The position numbers and the translations under genes were made by a program. The notes below the pieces were generated by a model. That model had not been told where the DNA came from, made no database searches, and worked only from the letters and a program-made list of their open reading frames with translations. Shown here piece by piece: positions 1-8,603 of a stretch of DNA of 64,000 nt (its first letter is position 1; each line of letters begins with the position of its first letter). Source of the DNA: a bacterium (GTDB lineage Bacteria > Patescibacteriota > Minisyncoccia > UBA6257 > 02-FULL-45-10c); the NCBI GenBank assembly GCA_030700025.1, contig JAUYKI010000017.1, positions 2,748-66,747 on the forward strand. Reading direction: 5' to 3'.

Positions 1-56
1 TACCTTAAATCAGGCATGGGCAGGCGCTATCTAAAAAATAGATTAAAGCGCTTCCT

Positions 57-68
57 GGCTCTAACGGG
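57..68 (+). repeat. 3' arm of a CCCGTTAGA/TCTAACGGG inverted-repeat cassette (5' arm lies outside the window)
   Basis: ggcTCTAACGGG fused directly to ATG at 69. Same arm as at 1946-1959, 40504-40518 and 62471-62484. Confidence 0.5.
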
Positions 69-1781
69 ATGACGTCAAAAAATTTAAAAATTATCATTGG
101 GGCTCTTTTGGGAGTCATTGTCATCAGCCTTTTCTATATTTATATCAACGGGCGGCGGAATTTGGACTTGGCGATTGACGCGCCCGAAGAAGCGCTAATC
201 GGCGTGCCTTTTGATTTCAGGGTTGAGTTTAGCAACCAGTCCGGCTCGGTTTTGAAAGACGTTAACTTAACGGTGAGCTTGCCGGACGGAGCGGTATTTG
301 CCGGAAGCGGAGAGGACAAATTATTGGCGAATAAGAACTTGGGCAATGTCGGCGAAGGAAGCCTGATCGCGGAAACTTACCAAATCGTTTTTTTACGAGG
401 CGGTAATACTTCCCAGGAAATAAAATCCGTTATCAGTTACGCGCCGGGCAATTTACGCACGCATTTTGAAACAGTTAAGAAAGCGGAGATAGCTGTCCGG
501 GAAAGCGGAGTGGCAGTGGAGTTGGTAGGCCCGGAAAAAGTTTTTAACGGCGAAGAGTTTAGTTTTGATCTGGTTTATCGGAATGTTTCCGAGCTGGATT
601 TTTCCAATCTGGAGTTGCGGTTGGAATATCCGCCCAGTTTTACTTTTTTGGGCTCTTCTTTGGAGCCGGATAAGGGAAAGAACACCTGGACGTTAGGAGA
701 TTTGCGGAAGGGGTCGGAGGGGACTTTTGCCATCACCGGCAGTATTATCGGTCCGGAGAATGCCACGGCGGATTTTAAGTTTGGCTTGACCGCGAATATT
801 GCCGGTAAGAATTATGACTTGGAGATTAAGCCGTTTACTATGACTATCGCTCCGTCGTCATTGGGCTTGTCGGTGGTTTTGAATAACAAGCCCGAATACA
901 TTGCTAAAGCCAACGACGATTTGAATTACGTTATCAGCTACATTAATAATACCGATACTACTTTGCGGGATGTGGTAATCCGCGCCCAAGTAGTCGGAGA
1001 GATGTTTGATTTGGGCCTTTTGAATACCGACGGTCTGTTCCGTTCCTCGGATAATAAAATTATTTGGAATTCCCAAACAACGCCTTCCTTAGGTGTAGTT
1101 TCGCCCAGCAGCGCCGGCTTTGTTAAGTTCAGCATAAAAACCAAGGCCAGTTATCCAATCCGCCGGTTTGGCGATAAGAATTTTGTTTTGCGGATTAACG
1201 CGGAAATTGAATCGCCGACTCCGCCGGATTCCGGGGCTTCTTCCCGGACTTACAGCCTGGCCCGATTAGACAGCAAAGTTTCTGGTAATATAGTATTAGA
1301 CGTACGAGGATATTTCCGGGACGCGGAGGCGGGAATTTTAAATAAAGGAACTATGCCGCCGCGGGTGGGCCAGCCGACTAATTTTACGGTTCATTGGGTT
1401 TTGAAAAATTTTGCCAATGATATTTCCGGTTTGGAAATCCGTTCGGAGCTGAAAAGCGGAGTGCAATTTACCGGCGTGGCAAAAAGCAATTTCGGCCCCC
1501 TGCCATTTTACGACGAAAAAAACCGCCAATTAGTCTGGCAGTTGGATAAATTGTCGGCAAATAAAGGCGTGGTGGATCAGCCGCTGGAAGCAATATTTCA
1601 GATAGAAGCTACGCCATCGGCGAATCAGGTAGGGAATTATATGCCGCTTCTGGGCGAGACAATGGTTAAAGCGCTGGATAGCTTTACCGGACAGGAATTT
1701 TTAGCTTCCATGTCCGCGCTGACTACCGCTCTGCCCAATGATGTGACTATCGGCTCGCAAGGAGGAGTGGTACAGCCGTAA
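69..1781 (+). CDS. Membrane-anchored surface protein with repeated beta-rich (DUF11/CARDB-like) segments
   Basis: 570-aa ORF with an N-terminal TM helix (IIIGALLGVIVISLFYIYI) and repeated ~110-aa segments. The family assignment is from motif memory only. Confidence 0.6.
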   Translation: MTSKNLKIIIGALLGVIVISLFYIYINGRRNLDLAIDAPEEALIGVPFDFRVEFSNQSGSVLKDVNLTVSLPDGAVFAGSGEDKLLANKNLGNVGEGSLIAETYQIVFLRGGNTSQEIKSVISYAPGNLRTHFETVKKAEIAVRESGVAVELVGPEKVFNGEEFSFDLVYRNVSELDFSNLELRLEYPPSFTFLGSSLEPDKGKNTWTLGDLRKGSEGTFAITGSIIGPENATADFKFGLTANIAGKNYDLEIKPFTMTIAPSSLGLSVVLNNKPEYIAKANDDLNYVISYINNTDTTLRDVVIRAQVVGEMFDLGLLNTDGLFRSSDNKIIWNSQTTPSLGVVSPSSAGFVKFSIKTKASYPIRRFGDKNFVLRINAEIESPTPPDSGASSRTYSLARLDSKVSGNIVLDVRGYFRDAEAGILNKGTMPPRVGQPTNFTVHWVLKNFANDISGLEIRSELKSGVQFTGVAKSNFGPLPFYDEKNRQLVWQLDKLSANKGVVDQPLEAIFQIEATPSANQVGNYMPLLGETMVKALDSFTGQEFLASMSALTTALPNDVTIGSQGGVVQP

Positions 1782-1850
1782 TTTAGAATCTAATATCTAG
1801 AATCTAGAAAATAGAATTTATGAAAAATAAAGAACAAAACGATTTAATGG

Positions 1851-1959
1851 ATCCCGTTAGAAGGTGAAGAATCTTCGTTATTTTAGTAAAATTGCCAAGT
1901 ATTATGAAAATTAATAAAAATAATCAAAAAAGTGACGTTGGGGCCCCTTCTAACGGGAT
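1851..1959. repeat. Inverted-repeat-bounded intergenic cassette (CCCGTTAGA family)
   Basis: ATCCCGTTAGAAGG (1851-1864) is the perfect reverse complement of CCTTCTAACGGGAT (1946-1959). ATGGAT occurs directly at both outer junctions (1848-1853 and 1958-1963). Confidence 0.75.
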
Positions 1960-3340
1960 GGATAAGGTGATTAGCTTGTGCAAGCGGCGGGGTTTTATTT
2001 TTCCCGGATCGGAAATTTACGGGGGATTGGCAAATTCCTGGGATTACGGCCCATTAGGGGTGGAATTGAAAAATAATATCAAGCAGGAATGGTGGAGGCG
2101 TTTTGTGCATTCCCGGACGGATGTGGTGGGTTTGGATACGGCTTTAATTATGAACACCAAAGTTTGGGAAGCGAGCGGACATTTGAAGGAATTTTCTGAC
2201 CCGTTGGTGGAGTGCGATGTGTGTAAAAATCGGTGGCGTATTGATGCATTGGATCAAATGAGGGCTCGTAAAGCAGATGGCTCATATAGATGTCCAACAA
2301 TGACGGCCTCTTTTATTAAGGGGGGTGCCGATAGTTATTGCTCGGGCAAATTAAGTGAACCACGCCAGTTTAATTTAATGTTCAAAACTTTTTTAGGCCC
2401 AGTGGAAAGCGAAGACAATACAGTTTATTTCCGTCCGGAAACCGCGCAGGGAATGTTCGTAAATTTTAAAAACGTTTTAGAAACTACCCGCAAGCGTTTG
2501 CCGTTCGGCATTGCCCAGGTCGGCAAAGCATTCCGGAATGAAATTACTCCGGGCAATTTTATTTTCCGCACCCGCGAGTTTGAACAAATGGAAATAGAGT
2601 ATTTTACTCACGAAAAAGATTGGAAAGCTCATTTTGAAATGTGGCTGGAAGAAATGAGAAATTGGCTCCGGCATTTGGGGGTGAAGAAATTCCACGAAAC
2701 GGAAATTCCGGACGGCGAACGCGCCCACTATTCCAAGCGGACCGTGGATATTGAATATGACTTTCCGTTCGGCAAAAAGGAGCTTTATGGCCTGGCCTAT
2801 CGGACAGATTTTGATTTAAAAAAACACATGGATAAAAGCGGGGAGGATTTCCGGTATACCGATCCGGAAACTAATGAGAAGTTTTTACCGCATGTTATTG
2901 AGCCGACTTGGGGCGTTGACCGCTCGGTATTGGTTGCATTGCTGGAGGCTTACCATGAAGAAACGGTTAAAAGTGAAAAGTTAAAAGTGAAAAGTGAGGA
3001 CGATGAAGATACGCGGGTAGTTATGAAATTTCCAAAATGGCTGGCGCCGGTTAAGGTGGCAGTTCTGCCTCTTTCCAAGAAAGAAAATCTTTCCAGCCAA
3101 GCTAAAAAAATTCATGAAGATTTGGCAAAAGATTTTGTCTGTGAATATGACGAAACCCAAAGTATCGGCAAGCGCTATCGCCGGCAGGACGAAATTGGAA
3201 CGCCGTTTTGCGTAACAGTTGATTTTGAATCGCTGGAGGATAAAGCGGTAACGGTGAGAGATCGTGATACAATGAAACAAGAGAGAATTTCTATTTCTGA
3301 ATTAAAGAACTATCTAAATCAGAAATTAAATTCCGAATAA
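1958..3340 (+). CDS. glyQS: Glycine--tRNA ligase (class II, alpha2 type)
   Basis: MDKVISLCKRRGFIFPGSEIYGGLANSWDYGPLG is a typical GlyRS N-terminus. The ORF is open from TTG at 1892, but ATG 1958 matches family N-termini. It sits at the end of the repeat arm. Confidence 0.9.
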   Translation: MDKVISLCKRRGFIFPGSEIYGGLANSWDYGPLGVELKNNIKQEWWRRFVHSRTDVVGLDTALIMNTKVWEASGHLKEFSDPLVECDVCKNRWRIDALDQMRARKADGSYRCPTMTASFIKGGADSYCSGKLSEPRQFNLMFKTFLGPVESEDNTVYFRPETAQGMFVNFKNVLETTRKRLPFGIAQVGKAFRNEITPGNFIFRTREFEQMEIEYFTHEKDWKAHFEMWLEEMRNWLRHLGVKKFHETEIPDGERAHYSKRTVDIEYDFPFGKKELYGLAYRTDFDLKKHMDKSGEDFRYTDPETNEKFLPHVIEPTWGVDRSVLVALLEAYHEETVKSEKLKVKSEDDEDTRVVMKFPKWLAPVKVAVLPLSKKENLSSQAKKIHEDLAKDFVCEYDETQSIGKRYRRQDEIGTPFCVTVDFESLEDKAVTVRDRDTMKQERISISELKNYLNQKLNSE

Positions 3341-3399
3341 TTTTTTAAATTGGACATTTAGAATTTTATTAGAAATTAGATATTAGTAATTAGAAATTT

Positions 3400-4668
3400 A
3401 TGTTTAAAAAGTATGTTTTATCCAGCGGTTTAAGAGTGGTGTTGGCTCCCCAGCCGGACAATGTGGCGGCCACGGTTTTGGTATTGGTAGAGGCGGGATC
3501 AAAATACGAAACCAAAAAAATTAACGGCTTATCTCATTTTTTGGAACATTTATGTTTTAAGGGAACGGCTAAGCGGCCGACGGCGATTGCCATTGCTTCA
3601 GAATTGGAATCTTTGGGAGCGGTTTACAATGCTTTTACCGGGCACGAAGTAACCGGTTATTACGCCAAAGTCGGCGCGTCTAAAATTAATTCGGCTTTGG
3701 ATATTATCGCCGATCTTTATCAGGACCCGGTTTTTGACGAAGCGGAATTTGAAAAAGAAAAAGGAGTTATTATTGAAGAAATTAATTTATACGAAGATAC
3801 GCCGACCCGGAAAGTCCAGGAACTTTTTACGGAATTGATGTACGGCGATCAGCCGGCCGGCTGGCCCATCGGCGGTTTGAAGGAAGTAATTTTGTCGTTA
3901 AAAAAACAGGATGTTTTGAATTACCGCTCGGAGCACTACGTGGCTAAGGCTACGACCGTAGTGGTTGCTGGCGCTTTTAATGAAAAAGAAATGCTGAAAA
4001 GAATAAAAACGCTTTTTGCTAAAACTCCGGCTAACAAAAAATTCTCTAAAATCCGCACTCAAGAATCCCAGGCCCGGCCTCAAACTTTAGTGCGCTTTAA
4101 AAAATCAGACCAAACTCATTTGGTAATGGGCTTCCGGGCATTTGACCGGTACGATAAACGGCAGTACGCGCTGGAAGTTTTAGCGGATATTTTGGGCGGC
4201 GGCATGAGCTCCCGGCTTTTTCAAAGAATCAGGGCAGAATTAGGCGCGGCTTATTACGTTAAAGCCGGAACCGATTTATTTACGGATCATGGATTTTTGT
4301 CCGTATCGGCCGGAGTGGACCACCGGAAATTAAAAGAAGTTATTGAGGCAGCTTTGGGGGAGTTTAAGAAAATTTCTTCGGTTTTGGTAACTTCCAATGA
4401 GCTAGAAAAATCTAAGAATCATTTGACCGGCCAGGCGATGCTGGGTTTGGAAACCTCGGACGCCTTAGCCAGTTTTTACGGAGAACAGGAGATTTTCCAG
4501 GAAAAGATATTGAACCTTCGGGACGTTATTAAAAAAATAGAGGCCGTGACCGCTAAAGACGTTTTAAACGTTGCCCGTGAAATTATGAAGGATAAAAAGT
4601 TGAATTTGGCGCTTATCGGACCGGTCAAGAAGCTTCCGACCGGGCTGGATTTTAGTTTGGGGCGGTAG
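3400..4668 (+). CDS. M16 family zinc peptidase (pitrilysin-like)
   Basis: HFLEHLCFKGT carries the inverted zinc motif HxxEH. The 422-aa two-domain length is typical. Confidence 0.85.
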   Translation: MFKKYVLSSGLRVVLAPQPDNVAATVLVLVEAGSKYETKKINGLSHFLEHLCFKGTAKRPTAIAIASELESLGAVYNAFTGHEVTGYYAKVGASKINSALDIIADLYQDPVFDEAEFEKEKGVIIEEINLYEDTPTRKVQELFTELMYGDQPAGWPIGGLKEVILSLKKQDVLNYRSEHYVAKATTVVVAGAFNEKEMLKRIKTLFAKTPANKKFSKIRTQESQARPQTLVRFKKSDQTHLVMGFRAFDRYDKRQYALEVLADILGGGMSSRLFQRIRAELGAAYYVKAGTDLFTDHGFLSVSAGVDHRKLKEVIEAALGEFKKISSVLVTSNELEKSKNHLTGQAMLGLETSDALASFYGEQEIFQEKILNLRDVIKKIEAVTAKDVLNVAREIMKDKKLNLALIGPVKKLPTGLDFSLGR

Positions 4669-4716
4669 GTTCTAGTAACTAACCACTAAGAGATTGCGTT
4701 ATAAATAGTATATACA

Positions 4717-5745
4717 ATGGAAAAAGGAACTTTATTTGAGATTAGCTGGAGCAGCCTGTGGCGCATAGTGGTAATGCTGGTTTTGGGCAGCATTGTTTTT
4801 TTTGCTAAAGACGTTTTGGTGGCGGTGGCTTTGGCGATAGTCATTTCCTCGGCCTTTGATCCGCTGGTGAGCGCTTTGGAGCGCTGGCGGATTCCCCGGG
4901 TTTTGGGCACTCTTGGCATTTTTATTTTGATTATTGTCGGTTTAGCAATGGTGCTTTACACTATTGTTCCTTTGGCGCTTTCGGAGTTAAACGTTTTGTT
5001 GAATACTTTAACCGAAATTGACGCTCCGTTTTTGGGATTGGAACAATTATCCGCGGTAGTTAAAACCCTTAACGAGGGAATCGGCCGGCTGGCGAATCTT
5101 TTAATCAGCGGCAGCGCTTCTATATTAGATGCCGTATCTCGGTTTTTGGGCGGAATTGCTTTAGTAATCTCGGTTTTTATCCTTTCCTTCTATTTAACTA
5201 TTGACCGGGACGGCATAGAGAACTTCTTAAAGGCAATTTTGCCGCCTAGTTACGAAGATCAGGTTTTAGATATTTATTTCCGGGTCCGGAGGAAGATTGG
5301 CCGCTGGCTGCAGGGCCAGATTTTCTTGAGCTTGAGCATCGGTTTTAGCACCTTTATAGCCCTTTGGAGTTTGGGAATTAAATACAGCCTGATCCTGGGA
5401 ATCTTGGCTGGTATGTTAGAAATTGTTCCGTTTGTGGGCCCGATTTTCAGCGGCGCCATAGCTTTCTTGATTGCCCTTTCGCAGTCATTCTCGTCGGCAA
5501 TTTACGTTCTGATACTTTTTATCGTGATTCAGCAATTAGAAGGGCATTTATTGGTACCGACTTTTATGCGTTTGGCCACCGGCTTGAATCCGGCTTTAAT
5601 TCTGATCGCCCTTTTAATCGGAAGCCAGCTTTTGGGATTTATCGGATTGATTTTGGCGGTTCCAGCCGCGGTGCTGGCGCAAGAAGTTATTAATTTCTGG
5701 TCTTTGTCTAAAAACAAAAAGAAGGCAGCGATGCTAAACGTTTAG
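4717..5745 (+). CDS. AI-2E family transporter (PerM/UPF0118)
   Basis: 342 aa and polytopic, with a ...EIVPFVGPI...QQLEGHLLVP... pattern typical of the family. Confidence 0.8.
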   Translation: MEKGTLFEISWSSLWRIVVMLVLGSIVFFAKDVLVAVALAIVISSAFDPLVSALERWRIPRVLGTLGIFILIIVGLAMVLYTIVPLALSELNVLLNTLTEIDAPFLGLEQLSAVVKTLNEGIGRLANLLISGSASILDAVSRFLGGIALVISVFILSFYLTIDRDGIENFLKAILPPSYEDQVLDIYFRVRRKIGRWLQGQIFLSLSIGFSTFIALWSLGIKYSLILGILAGMLEIVPFVGPIFSGAIAFLIALSQSFSSAIYVLILFIVIQQLEGHLLVPTFMRLATGLNPALILIALLIGSQLLGFIGLILAVPAAVLAQEVINFWSLSKNKKKAAMLNV

Positions 5746-5773
5746 AATCTAGAATCTAATATCTAGAATAAGA

Positions 5774-5796
5774 ATCGCCAAAACGGCGATTTTTTA
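5774..5796 (+). terminator. Intrinsic terminator
   Basis: ATCGCC-aaaac-GGCGAT followed by TTTTT. Confidence 0.6.
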
Positions 5797-5803
5797 TTAT
5801 TTA

Positions 5804-6092
5804 GAACCTATCTCAATAATATTTCCTAACCGCGTTGCTAAGATAAATGCCAGATTTCAAGGCACGACGACGAAATTATGGCCATAGCCACATTGAGGAG
5901 GAGTAACGAAGAAATATGGCATTTAGACCGCAACCCAAAGGGACATAGTAAATTTTGTTCATAACTTCGTTGCTCGGGCTCGACGTAGCCAAGCTACAGT
6001 CTCGCCCCTGCCTGCCGGTAGGCAGGCTCGCGCCTTGTTCTGAATCAAAATTTACTTATATCGCGTTTGGAATTATTATTGGGATAGGTTCT
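5804..6092 (+). ncRNA. Candidate structured element, ~280-nt family, copy 1 (RNA versus DNA repeat unresolved)
   Basis: 24-nt terminal arms pair (5804-5827 with 6069-6092, 2 mismatches). P2 pairs 5844-5858 with 5911-5925 (14/15). P3 pairs 5947-5957 with 6046-6056 (11/11). Shares the core TGAGGAGGAGTAACGAAG and CTTCGTTGCTCG with the copies at 27767 and 44559. Confidence 0.5.
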
Positions 6093-6093
6093 T

Positions 6094-7722
6094 ATGTCTA
6101 AGTTCTATATCACTACCTCTATTGCTTATGTTAATGCCGCCCCGCATATTGGTTTTGCGCTGGAAGCGGTTCAGGCGGACGTAGTTGCCCGCTGGCATAA
6201 GCAGGAGGAAGTCTTCTTTTTAACCGGCACAGACGAGCACGGAGCGAAAATTGCCAGGGCCGCGGCCGCCTCGCGCGGCGAGGCGCCGCCGAAAGCGAGC
6301 CTCGCCACTGGCGGGAGCCTCGCCCCAAAGGGGCGGGAAGCCGACAATAAGTTAATAAAAGAATTTGTTGATCAGCAAGCAGAAAAGTTTAAAGCGTTAA
6401 AAAGCGCGCTTAATTTATCCTGGGACAACTTCATCCGGACTTCCGACCAAAAAGTTCATTGGCCGGTGGCGCAAGAAGTCTGGAAGCGGATTGCGGAGGC
6501 GGGCGATTTATATAAAAAAACTTATCAGGGGCTTTATTGCGTCGGCCACGAAGCGTTTGTTACCCAGAAAGACTTAGTGGCGGAAACCCCGACGCTAGAG
6601 GGTCGGGGCTCCGACCGAAGCGCCGGAGATGCCTTAGTATGTAAAGATCATAAAAAAGCCCCGGAGCTTATAGAAGAAGAAAACTGGTTTTTTAAATTAT
6701 CAAAATATACGAAAGATATTGAATTGCGAATAAAGAATGATGAATTACGGATTATTCCGGAAGGCCGGAAAAATGAGGTTTTGGGCTTGCTTAAGGACGA
6801 TCCGGAAGATGGTTCGGCAAGCTCACCACAAGACGTGAGTTTCTCCCGGCCGAGCAAAGACTTAACCTGGGGCGTTCCGGTGCCGGGCGATGATTCGCAA
6901 ACCATGTATGTCTGGGCAGATGCCCTCACGAACTATATTAGCGGTTATGGCGGAGTTAAAAACTGGGAAAAGCATCCGGCGGATATCCATTTTATCGGTA
7001 AAGATATTTTACGTTTTCACGCGATCATTTGGCCGGCGATGCTTTTATCGGCAAAATTGCCCTTGCCGAAAACTATTTTTGTGCACGGCCATATTTTGTC
7101 TGACGGGCAGAAGATGTCTAAATCCTTAGGCAATGTGGTGGATCCGTTTGAATTAGTAAAAAAGTATGGTTCGGCAAGCTCATCACAAGCTGGCACAGAT
7201 GCAGTTCGGTATTTTCTTTTGCGGGAAATTCCGTCGGCGGAAGACGGCGATTTTAGCTATGAAAAATTTACCCAGCGGTATAACGCGGATTTGGCAAACG
7301 GATTAGGTAATTTTGCGGCCCGGGTTTTAACCCTTGCGAGTAATTACAGCGAATATTTTACAATTCACGCTAACCCCCAGAACGTTCACGAGGTGGTTAA
7401 TGACAAAATTAAGGAAACCCAATTATTAGCTAATAAGAAAATCACGGATTTTAAACTTAACGAAGCACTAGAAATAATTTGGAGCTTAATCCATTTTGGG
7501 GATCAGTATATAAATGAAAAAAAACCATGGGAGCGAAAGGATGAAAAAATAATAGAGGCAAATGGCGTAGCGATTCACAGTTCGGTAGCAATTTTAAATA
7601 ACGTGGCGATTTTACTCCAACCATTTTTGCCGGACACCGCGGATAAAATTACCAAGAGCATCGTTTGGGAAGAAGGTAGGCTGGAAATCCAAAAGACCGA
7701 AAATTTATTTCCGAGATTGTAA
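6094..7722 (+). CDS. metG: Methionine--tRNA ligase
   Basis: N-terminus YITTSIAYVNAAPHIGF, a KMSKS motif (KMSKSLGN) and WADALTNY. Carries several in-frame repeat-derived insertions (see findings). Confidence 0.9.
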   Translation: MSKFYITTSIAYVNAAPHIGFALEAVQADVVARWHKQEEVFFLTGTDEHGAKIARAAAASRGEAPPKASLATGGSLAPKGREADNKLIKEFVDQQAEKFKALKSALNLSWDNFIRTSDQKVHWPVAQEVWKRIAEAGDLYKKTYQGLYCVGHEAFVTQKDLVAETPTLEGRGSDRSAGDALVCKDHKKAPELIEEENWFFKLSKYTKDIELRIKNDELRIIPEGRKNEVLGLLKDDPEDGSASSPQDVSFSRPSKDLTWGVPVPGDDSQTMYVWADALTNYISGYGGVKNWEKHPADIHFIGKDILRFHAIIWPAMLLSAKLPLPKTIFVHGHILSDGQKMSKSLGNVVDPFELVKKYGSASSSQAGTDAVRYFLLREIPSAEDGDFSYEKFTQRYNADLANGLGNFAARVLTLASNYSEYFTIHANPQNVHEVVNDKIKETQLLANKKITDFKLNEALEIIWSLIHFGDQYINEKKPWERKDEKIIEANGVAIHSSVAILNNVAILLQPFLPDTADKITKSIVWEEGRLEIQKTENLFPRL

Positions 7723-7736
7723 TAACCCCGGTACTA

Positions 7737-8410
7737 AAAAGAAAAATCCCCCGACATGCGTCAGGGGAAATGATGATGGGCAACAGTTGCTTTGCAGTGT
7801 TATGAGGTATTAGCCTCTAGCCATAAAGTGGCTGTCTGTTCTGCGTTGCTTCTGTTGCCGTTGACTCGGAATTTTGTCAGGGCGGGTGGACACCGGGTTA
7901 GCTCGCGCGGCTGAAAGAAAGTCAGCCTTCTATTCCCGGCGCCACCTTTGGCAGTGAGATGGTTGTAACACCCCACCGGCCAGCAGCCTGCCCCGACTTT
8001 ACGTCGGGGTCCCCTCCGGCTTGTGACCGGAGGATGATTCCAAATAGCAGTTGCCTTTCGCAGATTATGAGCCTATTGGGCTCTGACCAAAAAAGTGGTC
8101 TTCTTTCTGTTAGCTTCTGTTATTGGATGATTCCGCCCCGACGCTTTGTAAGCCGTCGGGGATACTGCTACTTGGTGAGCCGGTCCTAAGGTAGCGAATC
8201 TTTGGTTTCCTACCCACCAAGATGATGCTTCTTATTGTAGTTAAGGAACGAAAGTAGCGCGATGTGACTCTGCAACTGTCCAGTTTGTGTTGCATCGGAG
8301 CGGAATACCCGGGTGGACGGCCCCAAGGCTCCTACGGCTCTTTGCCTGATCTCGGGTTCTTCCCGACGTCAACCAAGCATTGTAAGAACCAAAGCCAGCA
8401 TCGCTAAGTA
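7737..8410 (-). ncRNA. Candidate large structured RNA (unclassified); boundaries approximate
   Basis: ORF-poor 880-bp gap with many perfect helices. Two helices carry G-U pairs only when read on the minus strand. A minus-strand terminator sits at 7748-7767 with a T-run, and a TTGACA-N17-TATCCT match at 8439-8411 (-). Confidence 0.45.
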
Positions 8411-8603
8411 AGGATAGCACACCTCAAACCCTTTGTCAATAGCGGGTTTGCAATCTCTAAATTCTAATCCCTAATCTCTAAATAAACTCGAAGCTCAAAT
8501 ATCCGGATTTTTAAATTTTATTTTTGAGATTGGACATTGGAAATTGTTTAGAAATTAGGGTTTAGGAATTAGAAATTTATCAAAACATGTTATTATTAAT
8601 TCC

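Noticed and set aside
5746-6093. T-box leader upstream of metG (and likewise before glyQS and leuS).
   Set aside because: No T-box sequence (…GGTGGTACCGCG…) and no terminator/antiterminator pair. The same element also precedes pilin and SWIB genes, which is incompatible with a tRNA-sensing role.
7959-8295. Track ORFs 7959-8189 (+) and 8110-8295 (-) inside the metG-tatD gap.
   Set aside because: P/R/S/C-rich translations with no ribosome-binding sites. Both run through multiple perfect hairpins, so the region is better explained as structured RNA.
7737-8410. RNase P RNA, tmRNA or group II intron identity for the large structured region.
   Set aside because: On either strand I could not find the GGAAAGTCC/ACAGAA..GGCTTA cores of RNase P, a tRNA-like 3' end with GGTTCGA T-loop and CCA for tmRNA, or a GTGYG 5' end with domain V for group II. 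This was only a by-eye check.
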